Source: a virus. Taken from it: a stretch of 64,000 nt of DNA. Both the position numbers and the translations under genes were made by a program. Below, piece after piece: positions 41,111 to 50,050 of the stretch. Every line of letters starts with the position of its first letter. Position 1 is the stretch's first letter. A model generated the notes under the pieces. The model had not been told where the DNA came from. It did not search any database and saw nothing but the letters and a program-made list of their open reading frames with translations. The stretch lies in the IMG/VR virus record IMGVR_UViG_3300033153_007754, positions 89,501 to 153,500 of that record; one strand, written 5' to 3'.

Positions 41111-41838
41111 TGTTTTATTCAGAAAAACAACTTAATTATAAAATAGATGGTGCAATTAAAACAATTAATACAGCATTGGAACAAGTAGCAAATCCATACA
41201 TTGCTTGTAGTTGGGGAAAAGATAGCATTGTGATGTTATGGTTAATAAGAAAAATTGACAAGAATATCCCAGTTGTTTACATGAATTCTAATTACTCATT
41301 TCCAGATAATTATGAATTCAGAGATAGGATGTTAAAAGAATGGAATATAAAACATTATATTGAACTTCCACCCGTTTCTGATTATAAAGAAATAGTTGAA
41401 ACTTTTGGTTTACCTGGTATTTCCAGAAAATCACAAGACCAAGAAAAAGTTGTTTCTAAATTAAAAAAACAATTAAGACCTGAAATTAAAGAATTTGATT
41501 CAGTGTTTTTAGGTATAAGAGCATCTGAAAGTAGGGCAAGACAAAATATGATAAGATATTCAGGTAAAATAAACACCCTAAAAAATGGAATTACAAAAAT
41601 AATGCCAATTGCAGACTGGACTTTCAAAGAAATGTGGCAAATTGTAAAGGAAAATAATATACCAATGAATACCATATATTCAAAAGATAAATTTTCATCA
41701 CCTGAATGGATAAGAAATTCAGGAATACTATCAACTGATGGGGCTTCGTCTGGAAAAATACAATGGATTAAATATTATTATCCAGCAATTTACAGAAAGT
41801 TATCAGTTGATTATCCGGAGGTAAAAGGGTATGTATAA
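41110..41838 (+). CDS. CysH/PAPS-reductase-like protein (type IV-B accessory)
   Basis: ACSWGKDS PP-loop, FLGIRASESRAR, MPIADWT, IPMNTIY. Confidence 0.85.
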   Translation: MFYSEKQLNYKIDGAIKTINTALEQVANPYIACSWGKDSIVMLWLIRKIDKNIPVVYMNSNYSFPDNYEFRDRMLKEWNIKHYIELPPVSDYKEIVETFGLPGISRKSQDQEKVVSKLKKQLRPEIKEFDSVFLGIRASESRARQNMIRYSGKINTLKNGITKIMPIADWTFKEMWQIVKENNIPMNTIYSKDKFSSPEWIRNSGILSTDGASSGKIQWIKYYYPAIYRKLSVDYPEVKGYV

Positions 41839-42466
41839 GATAACATTTAAAATGGTTTCACCTGTTGTTTTAATGGATAATGTCACCTTTGATTCAATAC
41901 TTGCATATTGTGTATATAGTCATTATAGAAAAATTACTGATATTAAAACATCTGGTGGAAAAGAAATTGATGAAAGCAAACAAGACATACCAGTAACAAA
42001 ACATAAGGATGGTTTTTATCTTGCCAGTTGGGATATTACAACAGAAGAACACGAAAGTGTTGAAAGATGGCGGAAAAGATGGGATAACACAAATGATAGA
42101 CTTGCTGATTTTAAAAAAGCAAAAAGAAAAATAGACACTGCACGAGGTAAATATAAATCATATGATATGCCAATTGTAGTAAAAAGCATTGATGAAATAA
42201 GTTTTTATTTTAAATCAAAGGAGGTGGGAAAAGTAAGTTTTTTCATAAATAACTACCTTGTTGGGATTGGTAAGAAAGTTAAAATGGGGTATGGATGGTT
42301 TTCTGGGTTTGAAATAGAAAAAGTAAAAGATAGTGATGTTTTATATTATAGACCAACACCCAAAAACTTTAAATCACCACTTAAAACGATTGATGGTTTT
42401 GGTGGAATTAAACCACCATATTGGCACAATCAACAAGACATAAAAATTCCATCACTACATTTCTAA
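41831..42466 (+). CDS. csf3: Type IV Csf3 (Cas5)
   Basis: MVSPVV...FDSILAY, GKYKSYDMP, GIGKKVKMGYGW G-loop, RPTP, KPPYW. Confidence 0.85.
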   Translation: MYKITFKMVSPVVLMDNVTFDSILAYCVYSHYRKITDIKTSGGKEIDESKQDIPVTKHKDGFYLASWDITTEEHESVERWRKRWDNTNDRLADFKKAKRKIDTARGKYKSYDMPIVVKSIDEISFYFKSKEVGKVSFFINNYLVGIGKKVKMGYGWFSGFEIEKVKDSDVLYYRPTPKNFKSPLKTIDGFGGIKPPYWHNQQDIKIPSLHF

Positions 42467-42577
42467 ACCAAAAAACAATTTTAATTTATTAAAAATCAAG
42501 TGAATTTTCTTTAATATATTATTTCTTTAAAATATTATATTGTGGGGATTGGATGTAATGGTTTTAATTAATATATA

Positions 42578-43033
42578 TTAATACCAACTTAATTCAACAC
42601 TTTCAGTGTTAATTTTTAAAAGATACAGTCCGTCTATACTGTATCCTGCTGAAATATTAGTAAAGTCCAGACCAACTTTATAAAGTACTTTTGCCACAGC
42701 TTGTTCTAAGTCACACACCGGAAAAGAATAACTTAGTGTTCCCATATTTTCTTCAAGCAACATATGCAGAAGTTTTTCTTCAAATTCTTCCTGCAATGAA
42801 TTGAAAACCACCATCTTACTAAAATATTTATTTATATCCTCACCCCTTCTAAGGTGGGGTGTAAAGTCTTCCATGAATTCCCACATTGGTAAAACAATAA
42901 TGCCTTCAAATTCTTCAGGTTTTTTTTCTTTAAAACCACCAAATTTAGCAACTTTGTTATAATTATGTGACAGAACCTCTTTACCTGCTTGCGTTAAATG
43001 TAGTTTTATTTTTCCATTTAATGAAAATTCCAT
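42578..43033 (-). CDS. Hypothetical protein (likely start MEFSLNGK), paralogous to 43053..43301
   Basis: IKLHLTQAGKEVL vs VKMVLTEEGRKLV; AAGGAG precedes the internal ATG. Confidence 0.55.
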   Translation of the reverse strand: MEFSLNGKIKLHLTQAGKEVLSHNYNKVAKFGGFKEKKPEEFEGIIVLPMWEFMEDFTPHLRRGEDINKYFSKMVVFNSLQEEFEEKLLHMLLEENMGTLSYSFPVCDLEQAVAKVLYKVGLDFTNISAGYSIDGLYLLKINTESVELSWY

Positions 43034-43052
43034 TTTATTCTCCTTATTATTA

Positions 43053-43301
43053 TTAATTATTAACAATTTCAAATTCCCCATTAAGAATATATTTAGAGAA
43101 ACCAACCCTAGTATCTCTTTCAGCCCCAAATATAAATAAAAAAGTTGAAAAATTCATGTCTACATTTTCATCAACTTCACTTTGTGTTGGTAAACCTTCG
43201 TTTACCGCATCATTATTTAAATGTTTCAGTACTAGTTTCCTGCCTTCTTCTGTCAACACCATTTTTACAATTGTTTTTATATTTACCTTTGTGTTACACA
43301 T
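43053..43301 (-). CDS. Early hypothetical protein
   Basis: Downstream of cassette 5. Confidence 0.6.
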   Translation of the reverse strand: MCNTKVNIKTIVKMVLTEEGRKLVLKHLNNDAVNEGLPTQSEVDENVDMNFSTFLFIFGAERDTRVGFSKYILNGEFEIVNN

Positions 43302-43303
43302 AC

Positions 43304-43373
43304 CATCCTCCTATGGGTTGTGGCTTAATTGCCATCTATCTACAATATACGGATTTTTTCGGATTTGTCAAGT
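43304..43373 (-). promoter_or_regulatory. PeSL-like cassette 5
   Basis: TTGACA-17 nt-TATATT, ATGGC-AATTAA-GCCAC, AGGAGG. Confidence 0.8.
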
Positions 43374-43523
43374 GTTTTTTTTTAATTTTTTTTGAAATGT
43401 GCTTTTTTTTCTATTTAACTACTCAATTAATTTTTGGTTGTATTGTTTAATTCTATTAAGTTAATCTTAGGTATTTTAGGGTACATAAACAATATATCAT
43501 AATCAATAAAGATATATTCTTTC

Positions 43524-43675
43524 ACTGGTACTTATGTAGAATGGAATAAATTTAAACTTTTCATTATATATATCCATTATTCATTCTCCACTTTAATCAA
43601 GACAGGTTTTTGTCGTAATCTTAATGGTGTATCTGCTAACATATAAACACCATTCCATTCTACATAAGTACCAGT
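43524..43675. repeat. Perfect 24-bp inverted repeat (one arm intergenic, one arm coding)
   Basis: actggtacttatgtagaatggaat at 43524-43547 is the reverse complement of 43652-43675. Confidence 0.9.
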
Positions 43676-44086
43676 AGTTGTGAAAAAGAAAACACCATCA
43701 CCATTACTACCATAACTACCATCTTCAGCGGGTGATGGTAAGGCAATTGCACCATGTCCACCGCTATTCCTTCTTTGTGGGTTTGTTATTTGAGAATTAA
43801 CAGAGCTTACTTTACCTTCTATTGTGAAATTCGCAACAACACTACCCTTATCTATTAAATATATAAATGCAACTTTAACCCTATTATTCCAAAGCTTAGT
43901 TCTTTTGTTGATTTGGTAACGTTCTAAAGACCAATTTAATGTTACAGGTGGTTGTATCTTAAGAAGTGTACTTTGGTTTTTGGCAACCAATTCTTCTTCA
44001 TCTTCAGCATATCCGTCATCACACCCCATTGTAAATAATATACTTAATAAAAGCATAATTAAAACACCAATTTTTAAACTTTTCAT
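43577..44086 (-). CDS. Lipoprotein
   Basis: Signal peptide with lipobox FTMGC; GKVSSVNSQITNP, SPAEDGSYG. Confidence 0.7.
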   Translation of the reverse strand: MKSLKIGVLIMLLLSILFTMGCDDGYAEDEEELVAKNQSTLLKIQPPVTLNWSLERYQINKRTKLWNNRVKVAFIYLIDKGSVVANFTIEGKVSSVNSQITNPQRRNSGGHGAIALPSPAEDGSYGSNGDGVFFFTTTGTYVEWNGVYMLADTPLRLRQKPVLIKVENE

Positions 44087-44095
44087 ATGGAACTC

Positions 44096-44488
44096 CTATA
44101 AATTATCCATGTTAATAGATGGTAATAATCCATTTTTAAATATTTTTTTATGAACCATTTTTGATTTTGCATTGTAATCACCAATAGCACCATTTAAGCG
44201 ATAACGAATGCCATCAGCAATAGAATATAATCTTATTAACTCTTCCTTATCAGCCCTATCATTTTTATCAAAAATCTTTTTAAAATCATTCAATCTTTTT
44301 TCAGCGTGTTCATGATTCTTCTTTAATACTTTAATATCTTCAGATTGCTGTTTGAAATATTCATAATTATAGATAGCCATATCACTATCAAGAACCTTTT
44401 TTGTGACTCCATAAGTAGAATCACAAGCAATATCACACCCTGTTACAAACATTAGTGCAAATAGTATTAATAACAATTTCTTTAACAT
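44096..44488 (-). CDS. Lipoprotein, helical
   Basis: Lipobox VTGC; YNYEYFK, YNAKSKM. Confidence 0.7.
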   Translation of the reverse strand: MLKKLLLILFALMFVTGCDIACDSTYGVTKKVLDSDMAIYNYEYFKQQSEDIKVLKKNHEHAEKRLNDFKKIFDKNDRADKEELIRLYSIADGIRYRLNGAIGDYNAKSKMVHKKIFKNGLLPSINMDNL

Positions 44489-45976
44489 TTTACCTCCATT
44501 TTTTCATTTTTTAAAATCCTATAATCCTTATCAATTTTATGATAAGAATCAAATATATTAAATTGCATTTTAAAAGCAGCAACCACCAAACCATGACGCA
44601 ATGAATAGTTTACAACATATAGTTCTGATGCTGATTTATATAATCCCCTTACACTTATTTTATTACTATTTAATAATTTTTTTTGTTTTTTTGTTATTGG
44701 TATTAAACACCTTTGTTCAGTTCCATTTTCTATTGCTATTAAATAAGATAAATATTCGGAATTGTCTTTCATATTTAATTCAACAACTAAATCATGTAGT
44801 ATTGTAAAATCAAATGTTTCTTGTATAAATAAATCGAATTCTTTTTCAATTTTATAATCGGTAATATCTCTTATTAAATCCATCATACCCCCTATTCATC
44901 ATCTGCAAGTGAAAATCTGATGCTCCCAATTTCACCACAACCTGAACCCCAAATAGTTGGCATACCATCACCAGTATATTCAACTGTAAAATCCATGCCA
45001 TTATACGTGAATTCAGTTGGGTCACTTTCACTATAGCCAACACCATCAAGATAAATTCTTGCAAACTCTTTTGGAATTGTGAAATCGAATTCTTTGACGA
45101 CACCAGCAATTAAAAGGTAGAATGCTTGAAGAAAAAGCACCTCTGTTTCCTTTTCGATTCTTTTCATTTCTTTAATTATTCCTTCCATTTTACACTCCTT
45201 TATATTATATAACCACTTAACTTCACACTAACAAAACCGTTTGATTCCAATAAACAACTATCTCCAAGGTAACATATTTTTTCATCACTTAATTCAATTT
45301 TTTTTATTAAATCATCATTAATAAGACCCACATCAATAAATCTAAAAAAATCATAATAAGTTTCTATTTTCCATTCACCATATTTTTTTATAGGCTTGGA
45401 TTGACTTAAATAATATTTTCCATCCGAATGTTGTGTTATGTACCTAATTAATATAAACATTAGCACCCCCAAATGTAAATCTTTTTTGTTTGCTTATTGG
45501 GATTTCAACTTCTTCAATTCGTTCAACATCAAGATAAGAATCGTAACATTCAACACATAAAGCACTCACATTGTCATAATTTAAGTCACCATCACTTGTT
45601 TTTACGATTTTCAAACTTGCCTTCACTTTACATTTTTCACAGCTACCATCAGCTCGTTTTATTACGGTATCATATATTGCTTGTAATAATGGTTTATCAA
45701 ATTTTATTAACATTATTATCTCCACTCTGGTCTAGCTGGTAAACCATTTTCTTTAGCTTCTAAACAAGATTTTTTAACCATTTCTAATAATAAATCCTTT
45801 TCATATTTTTTAATTCTATCAGATATAAAAACATCATGTTCATATACACATTCTTGCATATAACTATCTTTATTAAATTTATTACCAAATTCATTTATTA
45901 ATTTTTCAGTTTTATTTTCATATTTAAAACTAAAAAATAGGATTGTAAATGTAACTAGAAACAACAATATCTTCAT
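44482..45976 (-). CDS. Run of small hypothetical genes (44482..44886, 44892..45188, 45200..45472, 45444..45725 degenerate HNH-like CxxC...CxxC, 45716..45976)
   Basis: Coupled ORFs with RBSs; RADGSCEKC...NVSALCVEC in 45444..45725. Confidence 0.5.
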
Positions 45977-46497
45977 TATAATACCTCATCAATTACTTCA
46001 AAAATAGATTTCATATATTGCCAATAAACTTCAAGGTAACTAACATATTTTTTAATAAACATGTTGTTTGTGTATTCCCTTTTATTTTCGATACCCACGA
46101 AAAGATAGTTTTTAATATAATCTGTTATTTTATCCTGCATAGATTCATATTCCAATCTACTAGGAAATATGAATCTGATATTAAAATGAATACCAATACA
46201 ATTATTATTTGCATTCATTATTTTATATTTTGCAATATTTACATATTTAACATCATTTTTCTCAATATTATTGTAATCTAAATAAGTTTCAAATGGTCCA
46301 AATAACCTATCCATCAAGGAAGCATCATCAAAACCTGAATAAGACATATTTAATTTTACGTTAAATTTTAAAATAGTAGTTTTTTTTCCTATTTTCTTTG
46401 AAATGAATTTAAATTTATTTTCATATTTCATTTCACCAAAATCTTCAATTTTCTTTTTTCTTCTATATTTTTTACTAAATATATTAAATAAACCCAT
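45976..46497 (-). CDS. Hypothetical protein, paralog of 46503..47102
   Basis: FNVKLN...CIGIHFNIRFI...DYIKNYLF vs FNIQLN...VIGVNFFVKLI...DYFNNYVF. Confidence 0.6.
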   Translation of the reverse strand: MGLFNIFSKKYRRKKKIEDFGEMKYENKFKFISKKIGKKTTILKFNVKLNMSYSGFDDASLMDRLFGPFETYLDYNNIEKNDVKYVNIAKYKIMNANNNCIGIHFNIRFIFPSRLEYESMQDKITDYIKNYLFVGIENKREYTNNMFIKKYVSYLEVYWQYMKSIFEVIDEVL

Positions 46498-46502
46498 CTT
46501 CT

Positions 46503-47102
46503 TTATCCCCTTAATAAAACAGCATTTAACATTTTTCTAATTTCATTAGTATACACACCACTTACTTTAACCCAAGATATACTATCCTGATACCATTTTA
46601 CTTGTTGTAATAAGCGGGATTCTGTGTATCCTTTTTTTTGTTTTAATGCTTTAAATACATAATTATTAAAATAATCTTGAAAGTTATCTATAATCACATT
46701 TAAATCCAGTTCACCAAGATGTAATATTATTAATTTCACAAAAAAGTTAACACCAATAACATTTCCTTTATTATTTTTAATTTCATCTAAATAATATACA
46801 TTATACTCTATTGTTTCACTTAACTTTAAGGAAACATTTTTTACATACATCTTAAAATCTTCAAGAATACCATTTATAGTGTATTTAATGTTAGTGTGAT
46901 GGAAATTTAATTGAATGTTAAAATCAATAACACTGAAATCCTTGCCTTTTTTTGTTAATTTTGGTTCATATTCTACAAAGTTTTCAAGCTCCATAGAACC
47001 AAACTTATTGATATTATGATTTTTTCTATATTCTTCATTGAATAATTTAATTAAATGTAACACGATTCCTCCTACCAAATCATACAACATTATAATAGAC
47101 AA
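46503..47102 (-). CDS. Hypothetical protein, paralog of 45976..46497 (true start probably about 47062)
   Basis: Same paralogy; GGAGG lies inside the 5' end of the ORF and a TTGACA promoter at about 47115-47120. Confidence 0.6.
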   Translation of the reverse strand: MSIIMLYDLVGGIVLHLIKLFNEEYRKNHNINKFGSMELENFVEYEPKLTKKGKDFSVIDFNIQLNFHHTNIKYTINGILEDFKMYVKNVSLKLSETIEYNVYYLDEIKNNKGNVIGVNFFVKLIILHLGELDLNVIIDNFQDYFNNYVFKALKQKKGYTESRLLQQVKWYQDSISWVKVSGVYTNEIRKMLNAVLLRG

Positions 47103-47105
47103 TCA

Positions 47106-47270
47106 TCACCGATTTGTCAAGCTTTTTTTAATATTTCTATAAAAGGAATAATTATTTAAATTAAATAAAATATAATTATAATACCCTGTTAATACATATA
47201 TTGGTGTTACAATTACAGCAATAATTAACCCCATAATCACCAATAGCAACCCGTTTACTACATTTCCCAT
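47106..47270 (-). CDS. Small membrane peptide (54 aa, below the ORF-track cutoff)
   Basis: AAGGTGG RBS; MGNVVNGLLLVIMGLIIAVIVTPIYVLTGYY... Confidence 0.45.
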   Translation of the reverse strand: MGNVVNGLLLVIMGLIIAVIVTPIYVLTGYYNYILFNLNNYSFYRNIKKSLTNR

Positions 47271-47295
47271 ATTTACACCACCTTAAACGTAAAAA

Positions 47296-47615
47296 TGCGA
47301 CTATCTGCTAATTGTCTGTTTTGTGATGACTTATAAATATTAGCAAATAGTCGCAAATATGACTATAATCGACACCCACTTTATTATTCGTTAAAAACTC
47401 GATGCCACCAAAAAATCATGATTTAATTAAGGAAAATAAAATGTGTATATGGTGTTGACTTTAACATACTTATTCTTATTACCCCAAAAGTGAACCAACA
47501 TGAAATTAAATATTACCAAGCCATACTTACCATTCCGGTCTGTAATCAGTACCGGTGTAATTTTAATTATACGAGATAACATTCTAATAAGTAAATCAAT
47601 CAACCACATCATATT
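47296..47615 (-). ncRNA. Candidate structured RNA, three consecutive stems
   Basis: 17-bp stem TGCGACTATTTGCTAAT/ATTAGCAGATAGTCGCA; CCGGT..ACCGG hairpin; long closing stem; G-U pairs favour the minus strand. Confidence 0.4.
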
Positions 47616-47659
47616 TTTAATATACCTTTTTTTTATTATTTAATAAAGTTTTCAATTAA

Positions 47660-47782
47660 CTAAACCCCTACAAATTTATTACAACAATCATTTTCACCAT
47701 CAACCTGTTTTTTGGTAACACTACAATAACCTTTTTTGTAGAACCTACATTGTTTACATTTATTCACAGTTTTAATTAACAT
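47660..47782 (-). CDS. Small Cys-rich protein (40 aa)
   Basis: MLIKTVNKCKQCRFYKKGYCSVTKKQVDGENDCCNKFVGV; overlaps the upstream stop. Confidence 0.5.
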   Translation of the reverse strand: MLIKTVNKCKQCRFYKKGYCSVTKKQVDGENDCCNKFVGV

Positions 47783-48075
47783 ATTTTTTTACCATCCTTA
47801 TATTTATTATTAAACATTAATAAACCGTTTTTATCCCAGCCAGCAACATTACCATCTAAAACACCTTTTTTATAAAAAGAAACTCTATATTTATTACCAT
47901 TTTCATACCACTCAGTACACATTCCATTAAATAACCCATTTTTAAAATTATATTCTCTTTTTTTATTACCATTTTTATATTTTAAAACATGTTTTCCTGT
48001 AAAAGGTGTCTTAGAAACTGGGTAATATATACCATTTTTATTTATTAAATTATTAAATTCCATATTGCTCACCAA
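47776..48075 (-). CDS. MORN-variant repeat protein (YwqK-like)
   Basis: PFTG...YKNGNKK...WYENGNK repeats. Confidence 0.75.
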   Translation of the reverse strand: MVSNMEFNNLINKNGIYYPVSKTPFTGKHVLKYKNGNKKREYNFKNGLFNGMCTEWYENGNKYRVSFYKKGVLDGNVAGWDKNGLLMFNNKYKDGKKIC

Positions 48076-49114
48076 TTATAGTTGAAAAATCAAATGTGAA
48101 CTGTACTTTACCATTTAATTTATAATAAGTATATTCACTTGTAAATTTACCATCATTATAATGTGCTTTAATTTTTTTATCACCCTTTTTATACCATTCT
48201 CTATATTTCCCTTGTAATAATCCACGATAATATTTTTTACGTATTGCCATGTTCCCATTTCGATACCATTTATAGAATTTACCATGTTTTATACCATCTT
48301 CATAAGTCACCATTCTTTTTAATGTTCTTCCATCTTCCCAGTATTCAACAACAGTTCCAGTAAAAATTCCATTACAATCATACACAGAACCATCCACTAT
48401 TTCAATCACATCTTTTGTTGTATCTATTTCATCACCATAAACATAATCAATATAACTTTTTACACTTCCATCCTTATACCACTCTAATTGTTTGCCATGA
48501 TTTTTATAATAACAAATTTGCGTTGGGTCATAGTCTTCTCTAATAATAACATCATCCAAATAGTGGTGATGTGTTCGGTAATCTATACTATTACGTTCTG
48601 TGTCTTCCCAGCATTTATAATTTAAATATTTTAAATACCCATCTTTCCATATTACATGCGAGTCTAAACCACCATCTTCATAATATTTTTTATATTCAAC
48701 TAAATCACCATACTTATATTCACTCTCTGAACTAAGAGAATCAACCTTATACCACCACTTATTAAAACCATGTTCTTTTCCATTTTTATATTTTATTTCA
48801 TTAATTTTCAAACCATTTTCATCAACGATACTTTTTTTACCATGTTTTTTTCCATCTTCATAACTTGTTGTAATTAACCATTTTTTATCTTCATAAAAAT
48901 ATGTATATTTACCATCTAATACTTTAAACTCAACATTATCATTTTTAGGAAAATATGTTAAAACACAACTAAATCTTGGTGTAGAAAAATACTGTGATAC
49001 TTCACCATTATCACGTGTTTTTTCCCATCCAAAAATAGTGTTTTCCCAATCGGATGTCATTAAAGATTCTTTTAACTTCTTGTTTATTCGTCTTTTTATT
49101 TTTAAACGTGTCAT
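48053..49114 (-). CDS. MORN-variant repeat protein (YwqK-like)
   Basis: YEDGKKHG, YKNGKEHG, WYRNGN repeats. Confidence 0.75.
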   Translation of the reverse strand: MTRLKIKRRINKKLKESLMTSDWENTIFGWEKTRDNGEVSQYFSTPRFSCVLTYFPKNDNVEFKVLDGKYTYFYEDKKWLITTSYEDGKKHGKKSIVDENGLKINEIKYKNGKEHGFNKWWYKVDSLSSESEYKYGDLVEYKKYYEDGGLDSHVIWKDGYLKYLNYKCWEDTERNSIDYRTHHHYLDDVIIREDYDPTQICYYKNHGKQLEWYKDGSVKSYIDYVYGDEIDTTKDVIEIVDGSVYDCNGIFTGTVVEYWEDGRTLKRMVTYEDGIKHGKFYKWYRNGNMAIRKKYYRGLLQGKYREWYKKGDKKIKAHYNDGKFTSEYTYYKLNGKVQFTFDFSTIIGEQYGI

Positions 49115-49122
49115 AACACCAC

Positions 49123-49782
49123 CTATTTTTTTTCGTCACCATTTTCATACCAATATGTGTAATCCCCTTGACGGCAACCATTTACGTAATTAGATTCACA
49201 TCGTTTCTTTCCATCCATGTAATATTCTATATATTTACCATGTTCTTTTCCATTTACATAATCACGTTCCCTTTCTTTATTACCATCTTCATCCCACCAA
49301 GTTACTTTACCACATATTTTACCATTCACATAATTAACAAACCTTCGTTTCTTACCGTTTTCATGCCACCAAATTTCTTTACCATGTTTTTTACCATTTT
49401 TATGATTTATTTCAAATTCTTTTTTATGATTTTCATAGTATTCTATTTTTAAACCATGTTTAAGACCATCTTTATAGTTTATTTCCCATGCCTTATCACC
49501 ATTATCATACCAAAAAACCTCTTTACCATCTTTTTCCCCATCCTTAAAATCTATTTCCCATTGTTTATCTCCATATTCACTGTAATAAACCTCTTTACCA
49601 TCTTTTTTTCCATCTTTGTAGTTTTCTTCTGATATTACTTTACCATCTTCCCCGTAATAAATCTCTTTACCATGTTTTTTTCCATCTTTATAATTAATTT
49701 CAATTTTTTTATTGCCATTACTATAATTATCAACATAAACACCTGTATATGGTACATTATTTTTAAGATACATCTGCATCAC
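49123..49782 (-). CDS. MORN-variant repeat protein (YwqK-like)
   Basis: About eight 24-aa units EINYKDGKKHGKEIxWxENGxK; 72-bp periodicity in the DNA. Confidence 0.8.
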   Translation of the reverse strand: MMQMYLKNNVPYTGVYVDNYSNGNKKIEINYKDGKKHGKEIYYGEDGKVISEENYKDGKKDGKEVYYSEYGDKQWEIDFKDGEKDGKEVFWYDNGDKAWEINYKDGLKHGLKIEYYENHKKEFEINHKNGKKHGKEIWWHENGKKRRFVNYVNGKICGKVTWWDEDGNKERERDYVNGKEHGKYIEYYMDGKKRCESNYVNGCRQGDYTYWYENGDEKK

Positions 49783-50050
49783 CTCTTATAATAATTTTTA
49801 ATCTATCATTGTTGATTCCTTGAACTATATTTAAATCAATAACTTTTTCCATTTTATTATCATCACCCATTACACCCCCTTTTATATCAATTTAATGCGC
49901 TCATATTCAATTAGATTGTTAGTTAAATATATTAAATCCGAATAGATTTTAATTAACTTTTTAGAATCTGTTTCACCATTAACCTTTTCTTTTAATTCTT
50001 TTATTCGCCGTTTTCTATTATTAATTCTACCATCAATTGTATTTAAATCT

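Noticed and set aside
41110-41838. CysH-like gene as a sulfur-assimilation auxiliary gene or DndC
   Set aside because: It is embedded between csf2 and csf3, lacks the C-terminal ECG(L/I)H motif, and has no cys or dnd neighbours.
38440-42580. CRISPR array flanking the cas operon
   Set aside because: Both flanks are short and contain no repeat-spacer periodicity; none was seen elsewhere in the window by eye.
45444-45725. Active HNH homing endonuclease
   Set aside because: The CxxC pairs are kept but the catalytic histidines are absent.
49123-49782. MORN repeats as a diversity-generating retroelement target
   Set aside because: No reverse transcriptase or template repeat with adenine-specific variation was seen.
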